Source: Synechococcus sp.
GTDB lineage: Bacteria > Cyanobacteriota > Cyanobacteriia > PCC-6307 > Cyanobiaceae
Assembly (NCBI GenBank): GCA_047285535.1
Contig: JBJBDC010000001.1
Coordinates: forward strand, 352,136 to 416,135
Reading direction: 5' to 3'
DNA: 64,000 bases
This document shows, in pieces, positions 32,000-41,996 of this stretch. A model generated the notes under the pieces. It worked only from the letters and a program-made list of their open reading frames with translations, did not search any database and was not told where the DNA came from. Both the position numbers and the translations under genes were made by a program. The stretch's first letter is position 1, and every line of letters starts with the position of its first letter.

Positions 32000-32687
32000 A
32001 AGCTTTGCTTTGCAAATATAATCGCGAAGATGCCAAGAGGATGATGAGAATTGAGTGAGAATTGCTTAAGTGTTCTTTAAGGTGATTGAACAGGTTTTGT
32101 AGTGGTAACAAAATGATTATTGATTAGATATGCCTTTATGCAGGCATTATTGTTGACTTTATTGCCCTATTCATCAATACACGGCTATTGAAGCCCCTAA
32201 TCCTTTCAACGAGGATAGAATTACTAAGAATGAGGTTATCAAGCTTCTTCTAAAGGGTAATGATCAACACACCAGTCGTTGAACCTATTGCTCTGAGGGA
32301 TGCTCGCCCAAAGGTTGAAAAACTACAGCTTGATTCATAGCTGGTTTCGAGAGTCTATAAAGTCCTGAAAACCTTGTGTATATTTGCTTTCTTGATTCAG
32401 TATCTCTGATTCTGTTTTCAGACATGCAGTATTCACTTGCATCCTGTTTGTTATATTTAATATCTTGGTTTTTCGTCTATTATTGATGATTTATCGAGAA
32501 ACTTGCTGAACTGAAACCTTCATCTGCTGGCAATCCATGGAATGCGCAACAGATGAAGAAGAAGGTTAAGAGACAACCTTCAAAACCTAAGTTTTCAAAA
32601 CCTGTCTTTACTTCTGATAGCTCTGATCATGAGCTGACTTCTAATTGAAATAGAAAAACATGCAGAGATTCTGTCAATCACAGCGTA

Positions 32688-32870
32688 TCAATGAGATTGT
32701 TTTACCTTTTCATTCTGTTGTTGTTTTATGCCACCCTTCATCATTCCATCGTATCTTTGCCATTCCTTTTGTGTTCCAACAAAGTTTTGTCCTTCTGGCG
32801 GGTTGGTAAATCCTTGAGAACAACCACTCATTAGTAAGACAACTAATGCAAGTAAGTTGAAGGTTTTCAC
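32688..32870 (-). CDS. Putative small lipoprotein
   Basis: MKTFNLLALVVLLMSG-C signal peptide II/lipobox. Confidence 0.55.
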   Translation of the reverse strand: MKTFNLLALVVLLMSGCSQGFTNPPEGQNFVGTQKEWQRYDGMMKGGIKQQQNEKVKQSH

Positions 32871-33546
32871 AGAATCAATTTGGTTTCTGATGCTTCTATT
32901 CTCTCACTTGCCTAGAATTTGGCAGAAATTTCTGAAGCCTAATCTCTAACTGGCGCTCACTCGCCGCCCTCCTTCGGCGGTCTTGATCTGCGGTCACCGC
33001 GCAAGTTGAAAACTAGATCATACGCACTAGTTCTTGCGGCGCCTTGCGTCCGCGCTTTCAGATCTGATTTTTTCAGCAGTGCGTCAGAGCTTCTACCGAT
33101 TCCACGCGATTCAAATCTTTTTGAATCATGTTGAGCAGTCACAGGCTCTGTCAGTACGTCCAATCCTCTACATCTTTGGATACTGGTTTGATGTTGAGCT
33201 GTAGTGCTAGCAAAAGATCTGGTGAGCTACGGATACCAATCGTCTCTCTCTCTGTCAACAGCCTTGATGGTGCTGGTTAACGCTGGACTGGAGCCAGAGC
33301 TATCCCCAGCACCTGCTCTTAGTGCTTCATCTGTTCCAGACGATGGAGAGCCTGTTTTACTCTTAAGCAGTTGTCAGCCTTGAAGACAGCAGGGATTCTC
33401 TAATGTGAGCAAGGGTGAAGTATTTTTACAATGTGAGTTTTGCTTCTCCCTGTTGATGCTGAAAATGCTTCGTATGACTGGAATCCTTTCGTAACGAGGC
33501 ATAACATTAACGAAAACATCAAGGCAACACCCCATACATTCGATGC

Positions 33547-33849
33547 ATGGGAGCTCGCATTACTGAATCGGAATTTCTCAAAAGGGCGCGAAAGCGCTTT
33601 GGTGAGCACTTCGATTATTCAGAAATCAAGTACCGCAGCTACAAAAGCCCGGTCAAAATTCGCTGTAATAAGCATCCAGTTCAGCTGATCAGTATTACTC
33701 CTGAGAAGCATCTTCAAACCACTGGGGGATGTCGGCATTGCCTTAGAGAGAGGCGAATAGCAGCACTGGAAAGGGAACTCAATCGCGATTCTGCTCAGCG
33801 GAAGGTTCAAACTCCAACTCAACCCAATCATTGTGCACGCCAGTTCTAA
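33547..33849 (+). CDS. Zn-binding DUF723-like protein
   Basis: T..EF..RA...FG..FDYS...Y......V.IRC.KH...P.KHL....GC..C pattern. Confidence 0.7.
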   Translation: MGARITESEFLKRARKRFGEHFDYSEIKYRSYKSPVKIRCNKHPVQLISITPEKHLQTTGGCRHCLRERRIAALERELNRDSAQRKVQTPTQPNHCARQF

Positions 33850-34166
33850 GAAAAACGCGCACAGCTAACAGCCTTAATACAGCAAGTGATTTCAGCCCTT
33901 ATTGCATGAAAAGGTCACCATGCTCTGAGAACTGATTGTTGGCCGTCAACGCATCATCACCCCCTCAGCCAGGCTGGTGATCAGAGCAATCGGTGAGCCA
34001 GCTAAGGCCCACGTGTGTTGGTGGGGGTGAGGCTTAGATCTTGATGTGATGAGTGGTTGCCACTGCGCTAGAGAAACCTAATCAATCAATGAAGCTGACC
34101 ATTATGCACTCTTGAAAACGCCAGGATTCCTATGGCTTGTAGCTTCGTTGATGGCACAAATGGTCA

Positions 34167-34316
34167 TTAAGGCATCAGGTTTTGCTGAGAAGACCTTGGA
34201 GCCGGATCGCTTAATCCATGGAGAGGCTTTTGATCCATAAGGTGAATCGTCGTTCCACATGCGAGCACAAAAACGACGGAGAGAAGCGAGTTGGAAAAAA
34301 GATGGAGCAACGACAT
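34167..34316 (-). CDS. Possible small single-TM protein
   Basis: MSLLHLFSNSLLSVVFVLACG... preceded by GAGGG. Confidence 0.35.
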   Translation of the reverse strand: MSLLHLFSNSLLSVVFVLACGTTIHLMDQKPLHGLSDPAPRSSQQNLMP

Positions 34317-34531
34317 AACCTGACCCTCTTTATTGCTATTGAAAACCATTTGCAATAATACTGCAATAAGTGGATTTGCTTATTCTTTCTGGCCGTCAAG
34401 TCTGGAGGATCGCTTTAAGGCTTGTCTATGAGACGCATGACGCCCGAAGGCGCTCTGCTCTGCTGATTGGCGCTGAGATCCCTCTGGTCTGGTTCGGGTA
34501 TGGAGTCGCCTGGGCTCAAGGAAAAGTCTCT

Positions 34532-34726
34532 CTATGACTGATGAACGATGAAGCGAGCTCTGGCTAACGTTTGATCCAGGTCTCTCAGCTCTACCTCCAT
34601 CACGTCCACCTTCAGTTCGGATTCCATCCTTTGATTGAGTTCTTCAATCACTGCCACTTGCTGCTCCTGAGCCACCTCAGAACGCGCAGTTTGTACTGCT
34701 CCTTGCGCTGTGCGACGAGCCTCCAC
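34532..34726 (-). pseudogene. Coiled-coil gene fragment, parent unknown
   Basis: GC-richer coding-like stretch (EARRTAQGAVQTARSEVAQEQQVAVIEELNQRME) with no convincing start. Confidence 0.3.
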
Positions 34727-34790
34727 CAGCCTGTCTCGATGTCCTGGATCTGTTGTTCAGTTGTGTCCGATGTGGTGGTTAGTCAGCAAT

Positions 34791-34811
34791 AAAAGACTCC
34801 CTTAGGGAGCC
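34791..34811 (-). terminator. Intrinsic terminator
   Basis: Minus strand GGCTCCC-taa-GGGAGTC-TTTT. Confidence 0.7.
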
Positions 34812-34813
34812 AG

Positions 34814-34881
34814 AGCCTTGAGTAGGAATCGAACCTCCCCTTCACCATCAGGTGCTCGCCAGATTGATCCGATATCAAGAA
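34814..34881 (-). ncRNA. tRNA-like cloverleaf element (pseudo-tRNA or tRNA mimic)
   Basis: Acceptor-like TCTTGA/TCAAGG, arms CGGA/TCTG and CACC/GGTG, T-arm GGAGG-TTCGATT-CCTAC, followed by a terminator. Confidence 0.45.
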
Positions 34882-34892
34882 ATGCACCATGC

Positions 34893-35531
34893 TCACAATT
34901 GGGTGGCGCTAAAAATCGCATAACAAACCATGAGTAGAGCAAGAATCGAGGCGCTCCCTGCCAGATTGAAACGGTGTGATTCTGTTTGCAGCCATCCCTC
35001 ATAGACCTTGGCCAGCAGCGGAACGAGGAGCCATCCGGTGACGGCCACGGTGATTGCAGTGCTGATCAACATGTTGAGGGCCAAGGGCAGTTCTCCCAAG
35101 CTGTCAGCGCTGATCAAGATGAGCAGCATCACTGATGGGTAGAGCGCCAGCCAAATCAACAAATTCATTTTCCATATGGGTGGTGGATCCGGTAGCTGCG
35201 ACGTCAGCCAAAGATCAAACGAAGGCTTGTGAACTCGGGATTGAAATTGATTCACAAAGTTGGCTTCTGCTTGGTTGAGTAAACGTCTGCGAATGGGGCT
35301 ATCAATCCAAGCCAGGCATGATTGAACATCACTAAAGCGCAACCTCGAATTGCATTCGACCAAGCCATCATCGAGTTGGCGATAGCTTGTCTCTTGATCA
35401 ATGAATCCTTTCGATTGCAAGGCAGCTTGCTTCATTGATGCTTGCAGCTTTTTGCACTCAGCAAGATCTGACTGGCGAACCAGAGCCTGGATCAAGTAGT
35501 CAAATTGCTCGGATGATTCGCTGCCAGTCAT
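34893..35531 (-). CDS. ABM (antibiotic biosynthesis monooxygenase)-like domain membrane protein
   Basis: GF....RF......AW..SP.R followed by the PP.WK..L..W..LYP membrane domain. Confidence 0.7.
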   Translation of the reverse strand: MTGSESSEQFDYLIQALVRQSDLAECKKLQASMKQAALQSKGFIDQETSYRQLDDGLVECNSRLRFSDVQSCLAWIDSPIRRRLLNQAEANFVNQFQSRVHKPSFDLWLTSQLPDPPPIWKMNLLIWLALYPSVMLLILISADSLGELPLALNMLISTAITVAVTGWLLVPLLAKVYEGWLQTESHRFNLAGSASILALLMVCYAIFSATQL

Positions 35532-36123
35532 TGCTCTGCCAGAACCGTGAAACAGGGCTATCTTAAATCGAAGTGATAATGAATTTTTTGACTGGATTGA
35601 CACTGACTCAGCAGCATCTGATCTTTAATCCATAGTCAATCCAGAGATTCCTTGGCAGCCATCTCTCATTCTTCACCCCACTCCTGAGTTTTTATGAACT
35701 GATGTCATGCATTCTCGTTCATGGAAGCATTGCAAGTGATTACGTCATCGATGTAAACGCCATACATATCACCGCCTTCTTTTAATGACTAGGTGCTAAC
35801 AGTAGACCTAGTTGCCTCAGATGGAAACGCATTCAACAAGAGCCTTCCGAAGAGCCTCAAGGGTCAATGCTGTTTTAGGCCATCACTGATGAAACCGATC
35901 GCTATCCAAAAGTGTGTAGAAGAACTGTAGGAAATTGTCCGTAAACTTGTTGACGCCTGGGAGAATTTAGATGATTCCATGGATGAGCTGGAGCCATCCA
36001 TCCTATGATTTTTTTGAATAGATTCAGCCGGATAAGCGTTAAGCCGGTTTGTCGTGCCTGCCTCAAAAAGACCCATTGAGGTTGTTTGCAAAAGCAGCGA
36101 AGTTTGGCTCACCTTTTTGTATC

Positions 36124-36146
36124 AAAGAGGGCCCTGGAGGGCCCTC
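36124..36146 (-). terminator. Probable terminator downstream of the rubrerythrin-like gene
   Basis: GAGGGCCC-N4-GGGCCCTC stem; short T run on the minus strand. Confidence 0.55.
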
Positions 36147-36222
36147 AGGGTTTCCTGATCCATATTGAAGGGATTCTGTTTCCAAGGCTCATCAAACCTC
36201 GTACCAATACACTAGTTAAACA

Positions 36223-36636
36223 TTAGCCTACAAGGCAGGCCAGTTGTGCTTTTGATTGATGATTAGAGGTGTCATCAATTCCCTCTGAATGGGCGCTAGT
36301 ACTTGGCTCAGTCTCATCATGACGCTGCGCTTTCAGCTCTTTCACTTCACCTTCAATAGCGAGTTCAAGGCATCGGGCTAGCAAAACTTGCTTGAATTCT
36401 TCGCTGAGGGCTTCAGGTTCATCAATCACTAGCTCTGGATGCAAAAGTCTGAAGTGAGCGAATGCATAATCCGTTTCTTTAGCTGCATTCTCACGAAAAA
36501 ATTTTTCTAATTCACGATTGCCTAGTTGTTTGGCAAGTTCTGCGAAAAAGAGATATTTGCGGCTTGCCATGCTCTCTCCACTAAAGGCTGCTTCTAAATT
36601 TGTCTTGCTGGATGTGCTTGGTGTTGATGTTTTCAT
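36223..36636 (-). CDS. Truncated or degenerate rubrerythrin-like protein
   Basis: NLEAAF.GESMA.RKYLFFA...ET..AFAHF...LELAIEGE. The second helix pair and rubredoxin domain are absent; first ExxH reads ETDY. Confidence 0.75.
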   Translation of the reverse strand: MKTSTPSTSSKTNLEAAFSGESMASRKYLFFAELAKQLGNRELEKFFRENAAKETDYAFAHFRLLHPELVIDEPEALSEEFKQVLLARCLELAIEGEVKELKAQRHDETEPSTSAHSEGIDDTSNHQSKAQLACLVG

Positions 36637-36702
36637 GGCTGTCTCCTAGAGGGACTCAGTCGTTCTATCGCTGTTGGGCGCGCCTCGGAAGATGGAGCAT
36701 CC

Positions 36703-36716
36703 GTAACCAGAGGTAC
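36703..36716. promoter_or_regulatory. GTA-N8-TAC palindrome (NtcA/CRP-family-like) between rubrerythrin and psbA pseudogene
   Basis: ccGTAACCAGAGGTACgg, with the palindrome extended by cc/gg. Confidence 0.45.
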
Positions 36717-36729
36717 GGTTTCAGGACCT

Positions 36730-37722
36730 TTTGGCAAGAGTTTTTTTGAGTGGATCACACCAATAAACCATTGACTCAATGTGGGTTGTTTTGGTGCGCT
36801 TGTGGCGCCTTACCTACTAGCTGCTGTTGACAGCTTCATCATCGCTTTCATCGCTGCCCATCCCATGAACATCGGCGGAATCTGGCCTTTCTTTATCGCG
36901 CTTGTGTTTGGCCACAACATGGTTTCTGGAGCTGTTGTGCCTGGCTCGAACGCAATCGGATCCCACTTCTTCCCATCAGGGAGGCAGCCTCGATGCAAGA
37001 GTGGATTGATAACGGCGGCCGTTATCAGCTCGCCGTCTTCCACTTTCTGATTGGCATCTCTGCCTATCTGGGTTGTGAGTGGGAGTTGTCCTATCGCCTG
37101 GGGATGCACCCCTGGATCTACGTTGCTTACTCAGCTCCAGTTGCAGCAGCGACTGCTGTCCTCCTCGTCTATCCCTGCGGGCAAGGCTCCTTCTCTGGTG
37201 GCCTACCGCTGGGCCTTAGCGGAACCTTCCATGGCGAGCTCGTCTTCCAGGCAGAGCACAACATCAATGGGCACCTCTTCCAGATTGCAGGGGGCGCGGG
37301 AGTCTTCGGCGGTGCACTTGGCTCGGCGATGCATGGCGCTCTTGTCACGTCCTCTTTCATTCGTGAGACCGCGCCAGAAGTAAGCCTGTCTTAAGAACAC
37401 AAGTTTGGATAGGCAGAAGAGACGTGCGTGCAGCTGAGTTGCCGCTCAAGGCTCCTACGCACATCTGAATCTTCGAATACCCAAGCTTTCAAACGAGCCG
37501 CTCACTTCAATTGTTTTTGGTTGTATGACCTGTGGTGGGTATCGGCTGGCTGGTTTTGCTGGATCGAAGTGACTTTTAACATCAATGATTTTAACTTCAA
37601 TCCATCCAGTCAGGCGATGATTGTGCTGTTAATGCCTCGAGAGATCTCCTTAACCGAGCTGCCCTAGTACGGAGGTGATGAATGAACTTAATGCGCACTA
37701 CTTACAACTAGATCTTTGTTGA
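36730..37722 (+). pseudogene. psbA: Photosystem II D1 pseudogene, essentially full length
   Basis: Colinear remnants [106 protein letters not shown]. Stops at 36772, 37392 and 37410 plus frameshifts. Confidence 0.93.
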
Positions 37723-37741
37723 TTATCGCTATTGGTTTTGG

Positions 37742-38635
37742 CTATAATTGAAGACTGACTCGTTGATAGCAGAACCACAACCACTGCTGAAAGAGCAAAT
37801 TGCGATGGGAACGCCACAGAGTTCGCGGCTGATCGGAGTCAAAGTTTTCTGGTGGAGGAACATCTCCCCGTGCTCGATCCCTCTCCATTTCGGCCTGTAG
37901 TCGTCCCACGTTGTATTCGGGATGGCCAAGATGCATGAGTTGACGCTGATCAGGGGTTTCAAAAATGGTGTACCCAACCTTTTCTCCGTGGGCCAACAGT
38001 CTTAGGCGACCCTGACGCTGAGCAGATTCCATCGACGCATCCGCTAACCCTGCATGCCGACTTTGGGGACAGAAAAACTGATCATCCTGTGTTCCCATAA
38101 GGGGATGCCCCGGTACCAGACTTCTCATGGGAAATACCCCAAACAATTTGCGATCAAATGAAACCTTGTTAACTCCAGCGAGATAGGCAAGCGCAAATCC
38201 AGCCCAACAAAGACCAAGGGTGCTGGCGCACGAGTCTCGAGCTTCTTCAATTAAGTCAACTAATTCTCGCCAATAGGTGACATCTTCGAAAGCTAAATGT
38301 TCAACAGGCGCCCCGGTAATGATCAGTCCATCCAATGGCCGCTGAGATTGGGCTTCCTTCCAGCTCACATAGAGCTGATTCAGATGAGCCTTATCCCAGC
38401 TTTTGTAAGCATGGGATTCGAGCCGAATCCATATCGGTTCAATCTGAAGGACTGATAAACCCAAGGGATGCAGCAAGTTGAATTCGTACTGCTTTCCCAG
38501 CGGCATGATGTTGAGGATGCCAATACGCAAAGGCCGAATGTCCTGACGCTCGGCTTGCTCTGGTTCGATCCAGGAGATCCGGTTGCGTTCAACAGCGGTG
38601 ATCTTGTGATAGTTCCTTGGAAGTATCAGCGCCAT
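37742..38635 (-). CDS. metA: MetA-family homoserine O-acyltransferase, probably acetyltransferase
   Basis: QDIRPLRIGILN.MP, GLIITGAPVE, LCW, PQSRH, GHPEY. Confidence 0.95.
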   Translation of the reverse strand: MALILPRNYHKITAVERNRISWIEPEQAERQDIRPLRIGILNIMPLGKQYEFNLLHPLGLSVLQIEPIWIRLESHAYKSWDKAHLNQLYVSWKEAQSQRPLDGLIITGAPVEHLAFEDVTYWRELVDLIEEARDSCASTLGLCWAGFALAYLAGVNKVSFDRKLFGVFPMRSLVPGHPLMGTQDDQFFCPQSRHAGLADASMESAQRQGRLRLLAHGEKVGYTIFETPDQRQLMHLGHPEYNVGRLQAEMERDRARGDVPPPENFDSDQPRTLWRSHRNLLFQQWLWFCYQRVSLQL

Positions 38636-38850
38636 CAGCTCAGATCCTTTCCAATGTCTTGGTTTTTTTTGTCATGTTTGCAATTGGGTGCTCCCTTTGT
38701 TCGCTAGATGTTCCTCTTGCAACGTAGCCAAGGCATCAGACGGCTGCTCTCTGACCGCCTCCCCCCGGAAAGGGGGGCAAATGTTCCGATAGGCATGATG
38801 ACTTCAAGGTGTGGTTGGATGTCATCAACGATCATTGAGCTTGAGGTTCT

Positions 38851-40197
<1,347 letters not shown>

Positions 40198-40902
40198 CTA
40201 GCTCGCAACTTCTGTTGGGGGATCCCAATTCTTATCAGGAGCCGGTTTTTCAGTATCAGCAAGGGATGGAAGCGTTTCACGCATTAGAGGACCAAAACGA
40301 CTGCGCACTTCAGAACGAAAGGAATTTGCGGCTCCCTCATTGAGTACTGGATAAGGCTGCTCACCTTCCTGCTCCCGTAGATGACGCCATTTGCTGTTTT
40401 CTTGGGCTTTTAGATCTTTTAATGCTGCAGTGAAGTCATAGGTCTTGGTCTGTCCATCTGCAGCTGCCAGAGGACCAGCTTGTGCCGCTAATTCTTCGCG
40501 AACCGCATCAAAAGCCTTGGCCTTGATCGTGTCAGGCAGTCCCAGAACAGGTTGGTAGTAATCGAGCAAACGCTTCTCTTCCTCTAGCAAAATTGGCCAA
40601 GCACCACGAGACCCTTGGGGCAAGGAATACCCGGCTTCTGCGGCATCCATCCCCTCGAGGTGAAAACAAAGCCATCGGTAATAGGACTTTTCGCGTGTTG
40701 CCTTTTTCGCTGCAGCCTTCCCTGAAACAATCGCAGGAAGTGCCGCTTCAGCTTTGCGCAGGAAGAGACGATCTTCCCGTTCAAGGTTCATCGCTCCCCA
40801 GCGCTGGCGATAATCCCACAGCTCTGCGTATCGAGCCACTTCATCCGTGGACCAGCCAAGGGTCTTGAGCTCATCAGCCCGATTGGTCAGTTCCTTCGCC
40901 AA
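40198..40902 (-). CDS. Conserved hypothetical protein
   Basis: 234-aa ORF with coding-like composition, co-oriented with metY. Confidence 0.75.
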   Translation of the reverse strand: MAKELTNRADELKTLGWSTDEVARYAELWDYRQRWGAMNLEREDRLFLRKAEAALPAIVSGKAAAKKATREKSYYRWLCFHLEGMDAAEAGYSLPQGSRGAWPILLEEEKRLLDYYQPVLGLPDTIKAKAFDAVREELAAQAGPLAAADGQTKTYDFTAALKDLKAQENSKWRHLREQEGEQPYPVLNEGAANSFRSEVRSRFGPLMRETLPSLADTEKPAPDKNWDPPTEVAS

Positions 40903-40966
40903 GAAGCTCAGCCGTTATCTCATGGGAATCGTAGAGGCCAATGCCAATCTCGCCAGTCTTAAATCA

Positions 40967-41980
40967 TCAACCTGCAGGCCGGCTGTGGGGATTGAGTTGT
41001 AAATACTGAAGGACATCGATCGGTCGTGTTTGGTGATATCCCTCATGAAGCCACAAATCACCGGCTGATGACGCATAGTGAATTTGCCAGTGATACAACC
41101 CCCGATAAGCCAGAGGGTCTCGTTTCAACAGGTCGGCGTAACGGATAACGGCCCTGCCGTAGTGATCACTATTGTTGTATCCCCATAGTCCTTTTCGGAT
41201 GTCTTGAAGTCCACCGCGACGGACCAGATAGCGCGCCGCAGCATGAATGGCATCCCATGGATCGCGAATGTCGCCGCCGAGGCCAATTCCAGGTTCTGTC
41301 CAGGTGGTTGGTAAAAATTGCATGGGACCCTGAGCGTTAGCGACGGAGATTCCATCAATGCGCCCCATTCCCGTTTCGACCAAATTCACCGCAGCGAGAA
41401 TTTCCCAGTCAATTCCTGTTGCGGCTGAAGCACTTTGATAAGCCTCCAGTAATCGATCTGAGGCGGCCGGCGGCTGAATACGCCATGCAGGAAGGGTGGA
41501 TGATCCAGGACCCCGATGCATCGCAAGAAAAGAGCGTCGAGCTGCAATGTGCTGATCAAACACCCATTGCCATTGGTCATCAAGCTTGGATCTCACCTGA
41601 TCGGCTAGATCTGAGTTGTGAGATAAGACCCGATAGATCACCTGCTGCTGATGCGCAAGAGGAGGTATGGCCTCTGAAGGCACCCTTGGATTTCGAATGG
41701 CAAGCTCGATTGCCGATAACAACTGAGCCAGCTCTTCAGTCTCTTCTGGTAACAGGGGGTAGTGCGAACCTGATGGGGAACGAGGAAGGTCTGACTTGGT
41801 CGGCAGAGAAGGAAGTGAATGATTAGGTTTGGCTTGGTCGACTTGTTCGACTGTTTGAGGTCCTTTCTGGTCTTGATTCTGAGTGGCTTGTAGGGCTGGC
41901 GAACGTCGGCATCCCCAGGTGAAAGGGATCACGAGCAGCGGCACACAGATCAGCAGGCGAAAGAATGTAGACATCATCAA
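40967..41980 (-). CDS. Lytic transglycosylase (SLT) domain lipoprotein
   Basis: Lipobox-like FTWGC; W..LAA.N.VET..G, S..NAQGPMQF.P.TW, D.WDAI.AAARYL, YN.S..Y. Confidence 0.88.
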   Translation of the reverse strand: MMMSTFFRLLICVPLLVIPFTWGCRRSPALQATQNQDQKGPQTVEQVDQAKPNHSLPSLPTKSDLPRSPSGSHYPLLPEETEELAQLLSAIELAIRNPRVPSEAIPPLAHQQQVIYRVLSHNSDLADQVRSKLDDQWQWVFDQHIAARRSFLAMHRGPGSSTLPAWRIQPPAASDRLLEAYQSASAATGIDWEILAAVNLVETGMGRIDGISVANAQGPMQFLPTTWTEPGIGLGGDIRDPWDAIHAAARYLVRRGGLQDIRKGLWGYNNSDHYGRAVIRYADLLKRDPLAYRGLYHWQIHYASSAGDLWLHEGYHQTRPIDVLQYLQLNPHSRPAG

Positions 41981-41996
41981 AAGCGTTGTTGATCGA

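Noticed and set aside
32948..33007. Firm integron attC call
   Set aside because: Ends do not fit RYYYAAC/GTTRRRY well, no second site was found and there is no intI; kept only as an alternative hypothesis.
34814..34881. Functional decoding tRNA
   Set aside because: No 7-nt anticodon loop, short D-loop, T-stem mismatch, no CCA.
36781..37667. Three separate small psbA-like CDSs
   Set aside because: They are frameshifted pieces of one pseudogene.
36730..37722. Chlorophyll f synthase or rogue D1
   Set aside because: The C-terminal EVM.E.NAH...LDL region and SRSL loop follow standard or D1' sequences, no far-red gene cluster is present, and ligand losses can be explained by decay.
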